DNA from: Blastocladiella emersonii ATCC 22665 | Lineage: Eukaryota > Fungi > Blastocladiomycota | Length of the DNA stretch: 64,000 nucleotides | Assembly: GCA_025594325.1 (NCBI GenBank) | Contig: JANHCV010000006.1 | Span: forward strand, 558,001 to 622,000 | Direction of reading: 5' to 3' | Shown: positions 11,806 to 22,927 of the stretch, one piece after another | Layout of the letters: each line of letters begins with the position of its first letter | Position numbering within the stretch: position 1 is the stretch's first letter | Position numbers and translations under genes: made by a program | The notes under the pieces: model-generated | Seen by the model: only the letters and a program-made list of their open reading frames with translations | Told to the model about the DNA's origin: nothing | Database searches by the model: none

Positions 11806-14168
11806 CTACAGCTGAGAATACAGCACCAACAGATTCTTGCTCGACTGGAAAGCCCTTGGAGCTGTGCGCGCGATTTCGCTCGGCGCATCATGGCATTTCA
11901 CACGATTAGGGAGGTTTTTCACAATATGGAGTGCTACCTCCGTGACGGTCTCGGCGCTCAAGATCGCATCGACCGCGCCGTCGGGGACGAGCCGCCAAAT
12001 TTTGAGCGGAACAAATCTGTAATCTCGGATCTCGCTTTCGGAATACCCACGACTGTCGCCTGCAAGGCAAATGCGAAGCGTAACATCAAGGTCGGATTGA
12101 AGCAGCTGGACGACCAGCTCGCGATTAGGATTTTCGACCCTTGTTGGGCAGCTGCATGTCGACTGCTCTGTAAGGTCCACCCAAGGCAGTTTTTTTGCAG
12201 ATGGGTTCAAGGACTGCATGCGATCGCGTGAGATGGTATCAAGTGCCAGGAAACCCCAGCAGCCACTTGAGGGTCTCAAGGTACGCCTGTTGTCCATAGT
12301 AGTCGCATTGAGAGCACGTCAAGGTTCCGTCGCTGAGCACGAACGCATGACTGTCGCAATCACCGTTGAGCCGTGTGCAAAGCATGAGCGCGACAAATCG
12401 CGATGCAGTGTGCGACTTGATCAAGAATTCAGTTGCGGCCTCCCGAGCCTCAAGCGACTGGTAAGCGGTGATGAGAAGCCTTATCATTTTGGGTCTGGAC
12501 AAGAGACAGGGCTCGCGCGCACGGGTACTCGTCAAGAACTGCCTCGGCAAGGATGAACAAGTCAAACACGCCGACCTCGAAGGGGTCATCAAAAATGACC
12601 TGAAAGATTGTTCCCGTGCGGTATTTGACGACGCCCTGTGCAGGTACGCTCACCGCGGCACAGTAAGAATGATCGTTTTCAGCGACAAAGAGGCTGTTGG
12701 CCAGCGTTTGTGTGGCATCAAGAAAGTCGTCCTTCAGCATGCGATGGACAAATCCAATGGTGCGTTGGTGAAGGGTTGCATTGTTGGGGTGCACGAGCAT
12801 GCGGCGAATGACTACGAAGTATTGATGTTAGCATGAGGGTTTGCGAGTCGAGTAGAGCAGGTCCACGATATACCTTCCTTCAATCGCGATTTTCTGGCGG
12901 ACTTGGTCTGGACAATGTGCAACAACAAAGTCGAGGTAAACGGCTGATGATCTTCTCAAGCCGCCCTTGAGTCCCCTCGCAATGATGGGAATCCACGACG
13001 AGGTATTGATCATGCCGCGGTCCAGAAGATTGGTTAGGAGAGCAAGCCCGTCGTGGCCTAGATCCCAGGTTTCCATGGCGCTCAAGAATATCCTCGAAAT
13101 GGAGAAACGCTCCCAAGTCCCGAAACACATGGTCGTGCTGCTCGAGTGCGAGGGCGAGAAGTGATGGATTGTTAGCGACACGCCAGGCGATGAGGGACTT
13201 GATGTCCTGGCCAACTTCATAGGTCCAACAATGCCGCAGAGCCCAGTCAAGCGCGGCCTTCGGGTTCCGATCGGAGCACACGAGCGTGTCGAGTATACAT
13301 GCCGCAAGCAGGGGAATCCGCAGGATCGCGATGACTGTGTCAAGGTCGAGGTCGCATTGAGGTTCGGACACAAGCCCAAGCAAAGCGCTGTTTCCTAGCG
13401 AAGCGGCCACCACGGCAAGAAAGTCAACCACGCGTGGCCAGAGAGCTGCGGCGGCGCTTTCGTTTTCCAGCCTGGGCAGGTCGATCCACGTTTGAACGGA
13501 GAGCGCCTGGCAGCCGGTCCACGGGAGGCGCACCTGTAGAAGCTTGGGTGCAGCTGAGAAAGTGTCAACAAGAACGCGGCGGGTGATAACCGTGTTGTAA
13601 TGAAGCGCAGTGAGCAGCAAGAGCTGTAGTTGAGCCCAGCTAGGAAACGCCGTAACGCCGAAACATGGGGCCCTGAGATTGATTTCGAGCATCGCGTCCT
13701 CGAGTTTCTCCAGATCACCGCCGCAGCCAGTGATCTCGGCCCGGATGGCAGCCAGGCACTCGGACCCAGCAAGTGCAAACGAGGAATCGAGTCGAATTGC
13801 GGGGGCTTGGTTTTCGTTCCATTTCAAGTTTATGAATGGTTGCTCGATAGCGTATCCGATAGCACTCTTGAAAAAGTGCCGTTGCGGGTCGAGATACGTC
13901 GCAAGGGGCGCCGTTGTTGCGTCCGTGGGACGCAGCTCAGCGGCACGCGAGGCTAGCCACGCCCGCTTCACCGCTCTAAAAGACGCGGTCGTTTATAGTT
14001 CTCGAGTGGAGAAACAGATCGAAAACTTTGGCCGGGCAAGCGCGACCACCTCGAGCAAGAGTTCGAGCGGAAGGACGCGCAAGCCGAACTCTGTGCCGTC
14101 GACCGCGGTTCCGACGCCTTGGGTTTTGGTTTGCATAAGGTTAGGTTACGTGTACAGTTTCTTTCCAT
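11806..14168 (-). pseudogene. Tandem paralog copy 3, frameshifted
   Basis: Family motifs (AIGYAIEQP, FPSWAQLQLL, LSDGTLTCSQC, FVPLKIWRLVPDGAVDAI) are spread over several reading frames. Confidence 0.65.
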
Positions 14169-14482
14169 GAGCTACGTTTTCTGCTACAGTGGCCGGAGCG
14201 GGGAGCGAAAGCTGGACGGCCTCGAGCCGAACTCGGCACAGGCGCCACAAGACGCCACTCACATGATAACGCGACGCGTCGCCTCGTGCTCTTGGGGTCG
14301 CGAAATGTGGCGCTTGGGTCACTTGATACCGCAATGCATCTCTCTTCGGCGTCGCCAATATGCCTCGCGAGCTCAAGCATATCCTGGCACGATTCGCGAT
14401 ACAGGGCATGAATGCGAGTGAGTGCAGGAGAACAGTAGCTATATTTTGCAATACAACAACAACTAGGGGCCAACGACGTTGA

Positions 14483-16786
14483 TCAGACGAGTGCGAGTTG
14501 ACCCTTGAGATACTCGTCCGACTGGAAGGCGAGAGGGGCGGTGCGCGAAAGCTCCCAAAGCGATTCTGCACGGCCCATGTCAATCGGATGATGTTTCATG
14601 ACGTGTCGCGCTGCCTGGACAATAAGCTTGGTGTCCCAGATCGCGTCAATTGCGCCATCCGGGACGAGTTGCCATACCTCGAGCGGAACGAAGCCCGTCC
14701 CACTGAGCTTGTACAATCCATCCTTGGCAATAAGAAGCCGAAGGACAAGGCCAAGGTCCGCGCGAAGAAGCCGCTGGAGCAGCTCGCAGGCCGGGTACTC
14801 CGCGCGGGTCGAGCAAGCGCACGATGACTTTTGACCAAGTGCAGCAAGAAGCGGTTGGAGATACTTGTCAAGACCGGGATCTAATTCAGTCGCAAATTGG
14901 CGCAGCGCGCCGGAGAACGTGAGAAGCCAGTCCATGCACTCGAACCAAACCTGCTGTCCAAAAGAGTTGCAGTTGGTGCACGTTACACCGCCGCCGCCGA
15001 GCGCAATCGGCCGCCGGTCGCAGTGACCATCAGCCTGTGCGGATACTATCAAGCGGAGAAAGTTGGCCGCGCAGTTGTCGCGTTGCAACAGCGGAGTCGC
15101 TGCGGCACGAGCCTCGGCCAACTGGTTGACGGCGATGAGAACCCACGCCATATGTTTGGGAACCTTGGTTAGGCCCATCTCGTAGACATCATCGAGAATT
15201 TCGACAGCAAGCAAGAACAGGTCGAATGCGCTCGCGTCGCGAGGCTCCATGAACGCATGTGTGAGGGTCGCAGTCGCATCGTCGCAGTACTCGGACTCGA
15301 AGAAAGTCTCTGCCAACAATGCCATGGTTTTGGGGAAATCAGCGCCAAGAAGCCGCCGAGCAAACCCGAGGGCACGCTGAATCACGTAAATCTCGTCGCT
15401 GGTGCGGTTCAAGCACTCTCGAAACGCTGGCACCGGATAGACGTGGGCAGGTAACAAAGTCAGTCAGGAGGGTGCTTCAACGGGACACAATGAAGCGCGT
15501 CGCGTACCATCGATCATGAGATCAGCACGGTCATCAGCGGAAACATGAGAAGCGACAAAGTCGAGATACTGGTTTCCAAGATCGCCATCAGAAATTGCAA
15601 CGACAAGCGCTTCGGCCATCATCGAAGCGAGAGCAGGTGCGGTCAACACGCCGGAGCGCAAGAGTCTGGCAAGTGCAGGAAGCTTGTCGAGACTGAGCCC
15701 CCATTTGGAAGCTTGGTGCAAAATGCAGCATTCAAAATCATGCTGAGCGGACCGGGTGAGCTGGAAGAAGTTTGGGTGATTCTCGAGAGCATGGTCGAGC
15801 ATGACAGGGTCTTCTGCTAGCACACATGCGATTTCGCAACGGGTGGCTCGGCTGATTCGCTTAGCCCAGCAAAATTCCAGCACCCAGCTTAGCATATCGA
15901 GCGGGGCGGGAGTTATACCAACAAGGTCGTTGATAACACCGCAAGCAAAGTTGTGGGCACGGAGGACGGTCTTGACCGCTTTCATGTCGATATCAAAACC
16001 GAGGCCTTGCAAGTTGCACAAGATGGTTATTTTGCCGCTCGAGACAGCAGCGATGATGAGGAACTCGACCGCGTGCAGCGAGGTGTCGATATCGCCGTCG
16101 AATGGTTGGTCGGAAAAGGGAAGCCGCGCAGCAGTCTGGGCGGAGAGTGACATCCATTGTTCCAAGGGTAGGCGAAGGTCGAGGAGCTCGGGGATGAGCG
16201 CGTCAGGGTCATCGAGAACGCGTTCAAGGATAGGATAGTCGAAGTGAAGGGCTGCGAGGAGCAGCAACTGGAGCTGGGACCAAGCAGGCGAGGTCGCAAA
16301 GTCGAGGATAGGTGCGGAGAGGTCAAGATTCTTCATGGAGAGCCGAAGTCTCTCCGAAAGATCGGAGACGGTGTTGAGGTCGAGTTGGCGCGCGAGTGCC
16401 GACAGGACGCAGCTGGAAGCCGCGAGCAAGAACGAGGAATGGACTTGCGCGGGGGCCGGATCGGCATCTGCCCAGACCGAGCTCAAGTACGGGAGCTCGA
16501 GGGCAAAGCCGATCGCGGTCTTGAGAAACTTGCGATTCGGGTGGATGTACTTGGCGAAGAGCACTGCCCCTGCGTCCGTGGTCCGCAGCTCGGTAGCGCG
16601 AGACGATAACCAGCCGCGTTTAACTTCAGGCGCGGAGGTTGGCGAGCAAAGTTTGCGAGAAGCGGCGGCGACGAGTGATCGCGGCCGGGCGAGCGAAAGC
16701 ACAACATGCAAGGTTCCGAGAGGAAGTGAGCTCATGCCAAAGTTGCAGTGGCCCGCTCCAAGTTGCGGTATGTTGGGTTCTTCCAT
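14483..16786 (-). CDS. Tandem paralog copy 4, intact two-exon gene, uncharacterised
   Basis: ORFs 15464-16975 and 14483-15457 join in frame (MID|AFRECLNR) through a GTACGC...CTGAC...CAG intron at 15427-15507. Start inferred at MEEP by homology with the MEDL/MERN starts. Confidence 0.7.
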
Positions 16787-17035
16787 TCGATTCATGAGGT
16801 GATTTTTGGGTGCGAAGGCGAGAGAGCGGGCGAAGACAGCGACCCAAACGTCTCGCAACGTGAGACGCCAGGTGTGGCGCCACGGGTCACTTGATTTCGC
16901 AACGCGTCGAGCTTCGCCGACGCCGAGGCGAGGCCCTCTCTCCCCCGGCGCACGCGTGTCACGGTGGGCATACACTCACACGGATGCTTCCGTGCACCTA
17001 CCGTCTTCACGCCCATCGTAGCCCCCATCCAAGAA

Positions 17036-17892
17036 TCATGTTGAAAACTCTTGATAGCGGCGCTGGTTCTCAGGCGACAGCGAGACCTCGCCGTTCCACT
17101 GGTTGGCGGCCTGCTCGATCTTGCGCGCGACCTTCTCCATGGTTTCCTACACACGAGGTCGACGACGCGAGGTGAGTGGACCGTCGGTCAAGAAGCGAGG
17201 CAGCGGTGGAACGTACGTTGAGCATGGACTCGAACTCGGTGGCCATGCACGAGATCTTGGTGCTCTGCTCCTCGATGATAGCGTCCTTGAGCTCGACCAT
17301 CTTGTTGTACTCGGCAATCTGCTTGCTCAGCTGGGTCGCGGTCGTCTCGCACGTCGCCTTGAGGTCGTGGATCTGCGCCTCGAGCGCGTTGACCTTGTTC
17401 TGCATCTCGATCTGAAGCTTGCGGTACTGCGTGTTCGAGTCTGCCGTGCGAGAGCGAGTGAGCGAACCGGGTGGACGCGCGCAGCAACGGGAGGGACGCG
17501 TACCTGCGGTCAAGTCGCGACGGTCCTGGTTCCGATCCTCGACTGCGCGCTCGAGATCTTCCACGGTTGATTTAAGCTTGGCGTTCTGGTCCCGTAACCG
17601 CGTCACGGTCTCGTCACGGTAGCCTAGCCGGAACGCGGTGAGTCGGGCGCGCGACTGAGGCGGGCCGCGCGCTACGCACCCATCTCCCGCTTGAGCGTGT
17701 CGATCTCGGCGTTGGCGACGGTCAACCGCTGGGTCAGGTCATCGACGACCGTCTTCTCCTTGGCCGCTACGCTCATCGAGTGGGTCAGCGATCCGTGTGT
17801 CGCGTTCACCGATGGGGGGTCGGCGCACCCTTGCCGTCATCCTTCTTGCCCGTCTTCTTCTTCCCAGCGGCCGATTTTGCTTTCGATGACAT
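17036..17892 (-). CDS. CCDC153: Coiled-coil protein, CCDC153/DRC12-like (dynein regulatory complex), multi-exon
   Basis: Lys-rich N-terminus (MSSKAKSAAGKKK), DRRDLTADSNTQYRKLQ resembling the recalled family motif, ~200-aa coiled coil, several GT-AG introns. Confidence 0.55.
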
Positions 17893-18362
17893 GGTGGTTC
17901 CGATGCATGTGGATGGTTGCTTGCCTCAAGAGGCGCGAAGCGAAGTGTCAAAGGACGCGACGCGTGGCGGTGGCTGAGGCGCGCGCGCGCGAGGCGGCGG
18001 AGAGGAGACAGCCGCGGGGCGCACGTGGCGGAGCTGGGTCAGGTGATTGCGGGTGACCGGTTGCCACCAAAACACGGCAGCACCCAGCGAGCGATTCGGG
18101 CGCCCGCCGTCCCCCGGGCCCTGGCCGGCGGTGCCCGCGCCCTCCTCCGCCCTCACATCCCATCGCACGGCCCGCCCTGGTCTGCTCCGTTGACCCTTCC
18201 GGCCCAACGCATCTTGTTTCGTTCGCACGCACACGCACACGCTCGAGACTCTTCTCCCTCGGTAGCATCCGCATTTCGCTGCTCCCGACATCTTCATCGC
18301 GCACTTGCTCTCCCCCGGCAAGTTCGTTCCCCCTCCCCCTCAACAACAACAACAACCTCAAC

Positions 18363-19475
18363 ATGCGCGGCGGCGGTCGTGGCGGTTTCGGCGGTGGTGA
18401 CCGTGGTGGTCGCGGTGGTTCCCGCGGCGGCTTTGGCGGCGGTCGCGGCGGCGGTCGTGGCGGTTTCGGCGGCTCGGACCGCGGTGGCCGCGGTGGCTTC
18501 GGAGGCGGTCGCGGTGGCGGCCGTGGCGGCTTTGGCGGCGACCGTGGCGGTCGCGGCGGCGGTTTTGGCGGTCGCGGCGGTGGCCGCGGTGCCCCTCGTG
18601 GCGGTCGCGGTGCTCCCCGTGGTACGTTTACTCGGTTCCGGCTGGCTGGTCCCCGAGACCCTGTCGCTGACTCTCGTTTCCTCGCTCCCCTCTCTCCAGG
18701 CGGTCGCGGCGGTGCCCGCGGCGGTGCTCGCGGCGGCAAGGGTGCGGCCGGTGGTGCCAAGGTCATCATCGAGCCCCACCGCCACGAGGGCGTGTTCGTT
18801 GCCCGCGGCAAGGAGGACCTGCTCGTGACCAAGTCGCTGGTGCCCGGCGACGCCGTGTACGGCGAGAAGCGCATCTCGGTCGACGGCCCCGACGGCACCA
18901 AGACCGAGTACCGCGTGTGGAACCCGTTCCGCTCCAAGCTGGCGGCCGGTATCCTCGGCGGTATCGAGAAGATCCACATCGCGCCCGGCAGCAAGGTGCT
19001 CTACCTCGGTGCCTCGGCCGGTACCACCGTGTCGCACGTCGCCGATATCGTCGGCGAGGCCGGTCTCGTCTACGCCGTCGAGTTCTCGCACCGCATGGGC
19101 CGCGAGCTCATCAACATGGCCAAGAAGCGCACCAACGTCATCCCCATTGTTGAGGATGCCCGCCACCCCAACAAGTACCGCATGCTCGTCGGCATGGTCG
19201 ACGTCGTGTTCGCCGATGTCGCGCAGCCCGACCAGGCGCGTATCATCGCCCTCAACGCGCACCACTTCCTCAAGAACGGCGGCCACATTGTCATCTCGAT
19301 CAAGGCCAACTGCATTGACTCGACGGTCGACGCCGCCACCGTGTTCGCGCGCGAGGTCAAGAAGCTCCAGGAGGAGAAGATCAAGCCCCAGGCGCAGCTG
19401 ACGCTCGAGCCCTACGAGCGCGACCACGCCCTGGTCGTCGGCGTGTACCGCCCGCCCCCGAAGGCCAAGAACTAA
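18363..19475 (+). CDS. NOP1: Fibrillarin (rRNA 2'-O-methyltransferase)
   Basis: RGG/GAR N-terminus; [39 protein letters not shown]; one intron at ~18623-18699. Confidence 0.97.
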   Translation: MRGGGRGGFGGGDRGGRGGSRGGFGGGRGGGRGGFGGSDRGGRGGFGGGRGGGRGGFGGDRGGRGGGFGGRGGGRGAPRGGRGAPRGTFTRFRLAGPRDPVADSRFLAPLSPGGRGGARGGARGGKGAAGGAKVIIEPHRHEGVFVARGKEDLLVTKSLVPGDAVYGEKRISVDGPDGTKTEYRVWNPFRSKLAAGILGGIEKIHIAPGSKVLYLGASAGTTVSHVADIVGEAGLVYAVEFSHRMGRELINMAKKRTNVIPIVEDARHPNKYRMLVGMVDVVFADVAQPDQARIIALNAHHFLKNGGHIVISIKANCIDSTVDAATVFAREVKKLQEEKIKPQAQLTLEPYERDHALVVGVYRPPPKAKN

Positions 19476-21364
19476 GCGTGTGCTAGTCCTAGTAAGTAAA
19501 GTAGTAGTAGCTGCGGCGTTTCTGTATTTAATCTCCCCCTGTGTAAGTTCATCTGTTTCTGCTTACCTTTGATTGTCGTGTTGGTTGGTCTCGTCAAGCA
19601 GCTGTTTGTTCAGCTCGGAGCGCTCGTTGGTGAGAAAGCCTTCTCAGTTGGCTCCCGTTGCTGCGGGTCAGGCGAAGTTCAGGTTGGTTGTAGGCGCGCG
19701 GCGGGCGTCGCGAGGCTAGCACGAGCGGGCCGAGCGGGAAGGAAGCCGCGGCCAAGGTCGCCGCGACCATGGCCACGGAGCGCGGCTGCGGCATCCAACT
19801 CCTCTTCTCGTATCTCCCGTTGAATGGTGCATGCCTACCCTCCGTGATGGCGAGAAGGTGAAGAAGCAGATGCCGCGGCGGCTGGGCCTCCTGTCACGCC
19901 AGCGCTACTCAGTAGGCAGGCTGCCCACGCGAGACAAAGCAGTTCGGCCTGAAGTCCCGAGCGTGATCCAAGCCGCGCGCGACCTACTGGGTGTGTCACG
20001 CCGGAGAGGAGTGAGCGCTTGCGTGCAGTACAGAGCTGATCAACGAGAGCTTACGTCGCGCGGGGCGCGCCGCGGCGGTCGAAGAGTCGCGGCGCGTCAG
20101 TTCACCAGCGACGCGCTCGGCCAGCAGGCACGGCCACCAGCAACGGCAGTGCGACTCGTCACGGTGGAGAATGTTTCTCAGCGAGCGTAGGAGACGTGTG
20201 ACAAAGGCGGCGTGGCGACAAGGATGCGCAGCGGTGACCATGGCCATGGCCAAGCTCGTCAGGATACTTCACCTGCAAGCGATCTCCTCTGCTCACTGTG
20301 CTTCCGGCAGCTCGGCCAAGCGCAGTACAAGGCTTTTCCTAACGACGTGAGACGGGCCCGAGCGAGCGACGACGCAAGCGGCGGCCACCGCGACGCGCGG
20401 GAACTTGGCCACGGTGGCCGCGGCGACGGTCAAGGCGGGCTGCTGGCCACACGACGGACACCTCACGACGCGCGCTCTCCATCGAGCGGGAAACGAGGAT
20501 GCATGCGATAGAAACGCCACGGCCGCAGGACGCGCGCGCGGGAGTGAAGGCCGCGGAGCCCCATGATCCATGGGCCGACGCCCCGGGCCAAATCGAAGTT
20601 TCCAATGGAAGCCCACACCTCGAACGTGGCCGTGGACGGACCGATTCATGGCTCAACCATGCCCGTTCAATGCGCCAGAATTCGGAGCGGCTCCGACTGT
20701 GTCCGCGTCTCGGCCTCAGGGCCCACTTTCGATCGGGGGTTGAACGGAGGGGATCTGCCGAGCACGTTTGCGAGCCCGGCCGCCGGCCGCTCGATCGGAC
20801 CGCCTTCCCTCACGGTGCACAGGGCGTGCGGGAAGCCCAAGGGCGCTTGCCAGACCCGCGAGGGCAGGCAGCGTGTCGTCTGGAAGGCTCCATGCGCCGT
20901 TGCTCGCGGTCCAGAGTGTGGGACGGCGGCTCGATGCGTCCAGGACGGCGCGCAACGTGGGTGCCAGCTGATTCGAGCATGAGGGGTCGATGGCCGCGGT
21001 GATGATGCTCCACGTTCTTTGGGCAGACATCGCGTCGCGCGCCACGGAGCGCCACACTTGCTTCCAGCACGTTTCCGCGGCGCGGCAGGGCGAGTGGCGC
21101 AATGCGTGGAGGCTGTACGAAAAACGTGTTCTGGTCACGGTCCGCCGAGCCACACTCCTCCTTTCATCACCGGTCAGTTGCCACTCCCACGTTTCGCTGG
21201 CGTTCGTGGCCATGCAGCCATGCGGCGGCAGCCGTCCATAAAGCGTCTGGACCCCCCGCTCTCCCTCCCGACCTCGAATTCGTCAGCCAAGCAGCTCGAG
21301 CTCCTCGTCTCCGCCACTACACCCTCGCATACCCTACCCTGACCCCCGCAACGACATCACCACC

Positions 21365-22927
21365 ATGGGTCTCTACGACGGCTACTCGGCCGCGGAGAAG
21401 AAGAACCTCTCCATGTACATTGGCGGCATCATGTGCTACAAGTTCGCGCTCGAGACCATGACGGGCTGCATGTCGAGCATCGTGCTCAACCGCTACAAGG
21501 TGTCGCCGGCCGCGACGTGGGGCACGGTCGTGTCGGTCAACTACGCGGCGCAGTCGGTCGGCTCGCTGCTCGTGTCGCCGCTCATCAAGCGGTGGCCGAC
21601 GTCGCGCGTGCTCGCCTCGTCGATCCTGCTCTTCGGCCTGCTCGTCGCCATCATCCCGATCCTCGAGGCCACCACGGGCGGCGGCGCCACGGGCTTCGGT
21701 GACGAGAAGAACTACCAGGCCGGCAGCTGGGACCCCTTCTTCGTCGCCATCATGTTCCCGATCGTCGGCGTGTTCCACGGCATCATCGAGCTGATCCGCC
21801 GCGTCATCCCGCGCGACATTGTCGGGTCCGACCCCACCAAGCTCAAGAAGATGGACTCGACGGTGCACATCTTCTACGAGGTCGCCGGCACCACCGGCGC
21901 CCTGCTGTCCAAGTACTGGATCTCGTACTTCAACTACGCCTACTCGCTCGCCCTCATCCCCATCGCCTTCACGGGCGCCGCGCTCATCTGGTCGCAGATC
22001 AAGGACGCGACGAGCGAGGCGTACGAGGGCCCGTCCAAGACCAAGCGCGTCTCGGGCAACATGTTCACCGAGGTGGCCGCCATCTTCAAGGCCTTCTTCT
22101 ACTCAGTCTGGGTCGGCCTCAAGCTCGTGTGCACCAACCGGTCGCTCGTGTGGCTCATCCCGGCCTACACGCTGCCCCTCGTCCTGCACCGCTACCTCGA
22201 GAACGTCCTGTTCGCCCACTACGCCAATTTCGCGCTGTCCAAGGGCTCGTACCAGCAGCTGCTCGTCTCGGGCTCCAACTTTGGCGAGCTCGTCGGCGCC
22301 TTCGGCGTCCTCGTTTTCACCGACGCCGTCAAGACGCCCATCCCGTGGCTCCGCCTCGACGCCCTCACGCTGCTCGTCGCCTGGGTGTTCCCACTCGCCA
22401 CGCCCTTTGCCGACATCGAGGCCTGGGTCTGGTTCCTCGCCGCCATGATGATCCCCGTGTCCATGGGCTGGGCCGCCGGGGACGTGTCGCTCGTCGCCTA
22501 CGTGCAGTCGCGTCTCGCCAAGGTCGAGGACACCGAGGCGACCGTGTCGCCGCTCGGCTCGGTCATGTCGTTCCTCTACGTCCTGTACATTGTCATGTTC
22601 GCGGTGCTCAACTCGGTCATCGGCAAGGTCCAGGACACGTTCGTCGCCGACCTGCTCAAAAAGTACGGCTCGGCCAAGAAGTTCCCGCCGCTCGCCGGTC
22701 TCGCGCCCACCCAGGACGCCATGTTCTACACGGCCGGTATCGTCATGTCTGGGTGCGCCGTGGTCGTGCTCCTCGCCACCTTCATCCCCAAGGGCGCCTT
22801 CGCCTTCAACCCGTCGTCGCTCGATGACGACGAGGACGACCGCCAGCTCGTGTCGCAGCTCGACCACGACAAGGGCTCCGACACGGCCAAGGACCGCAAG
22901 GAGATGATCGAGGCCATGGTCGCCTAA
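21365..22927 (+). CDS. Multi-pass membrane transporter, MFS-like
   Basis: 520-aa ORF with about 12 hydrophobic segments in two halves, host-like codon bias. Confidence 0.7.
   Translation: MGLYDGYSAAEKKNLSMYIGGIMCYKFALETMTGCMSSIVLNRYKVSPAATWGTVVSVNYAAQSVGSLLVSPLIKRWPTSRVLASSILLFGLLVAIIPILEATTGGGATGFGDEKNYQAGSWDPFFVAIMFPIVGVFHGIIELIRRVIPRDIVGSDPTKLKKMDSTVHIFYEVAGTTGALLSKYWISYFNYAYSLALIPIAFTGAALIWSQIKDATSEAYEGPSKTKRVSGNMFTEVAAIFKAFFYSVWVGLKLVCTNRSLVWLIPAYTLPLVLHRYLENVLFAHYANFALSKGSYQQLLVSGSNFGELVGAFGVLVFTDAVKTPIPWLRLDALTLLVAWVFPLATPFADIEAWVWFLAAMMIPVSMGWAAGDVSLVAYVQSRLAKVEDTEATVSPLGSVMSFLYVLYIVMFAVLNSVIGKVQDTFVADLLKKYGSAKKFPPLAGLAPTQDAMFYTAGIVMSGCAVVVLLATFIPKGAFAFNPSSLDDDEDDRQLVSQLDHDKGSDTAKDRKEMIEAMVA

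Larger units (their letters stand above)
6024..16908. promoter_or_regulatory. Recurrent 22-bp composite motif TCACWTGA-N6/7-ACGCGTC at the unit boundaries of the tandem array
   Basis: Copies at 6024, 8602, 11261, 14259, 14319 (degenerate) and 16887 in non-coding DNA; E-box-like half plus ACGCGT (MCB-like) half at fixed spacing. Confidence 0.55.

Noticed and set aside
18363-18740. GGC-rich tandem repeats
   Set aside because: They encode the normal RGG/GAR domain of fibrillarin.
19500-21300. Short ORFs between NOP1 and the transporter, and in 52200-53800
   Set aside because: No recognisable domains or splice-consistent gene model.
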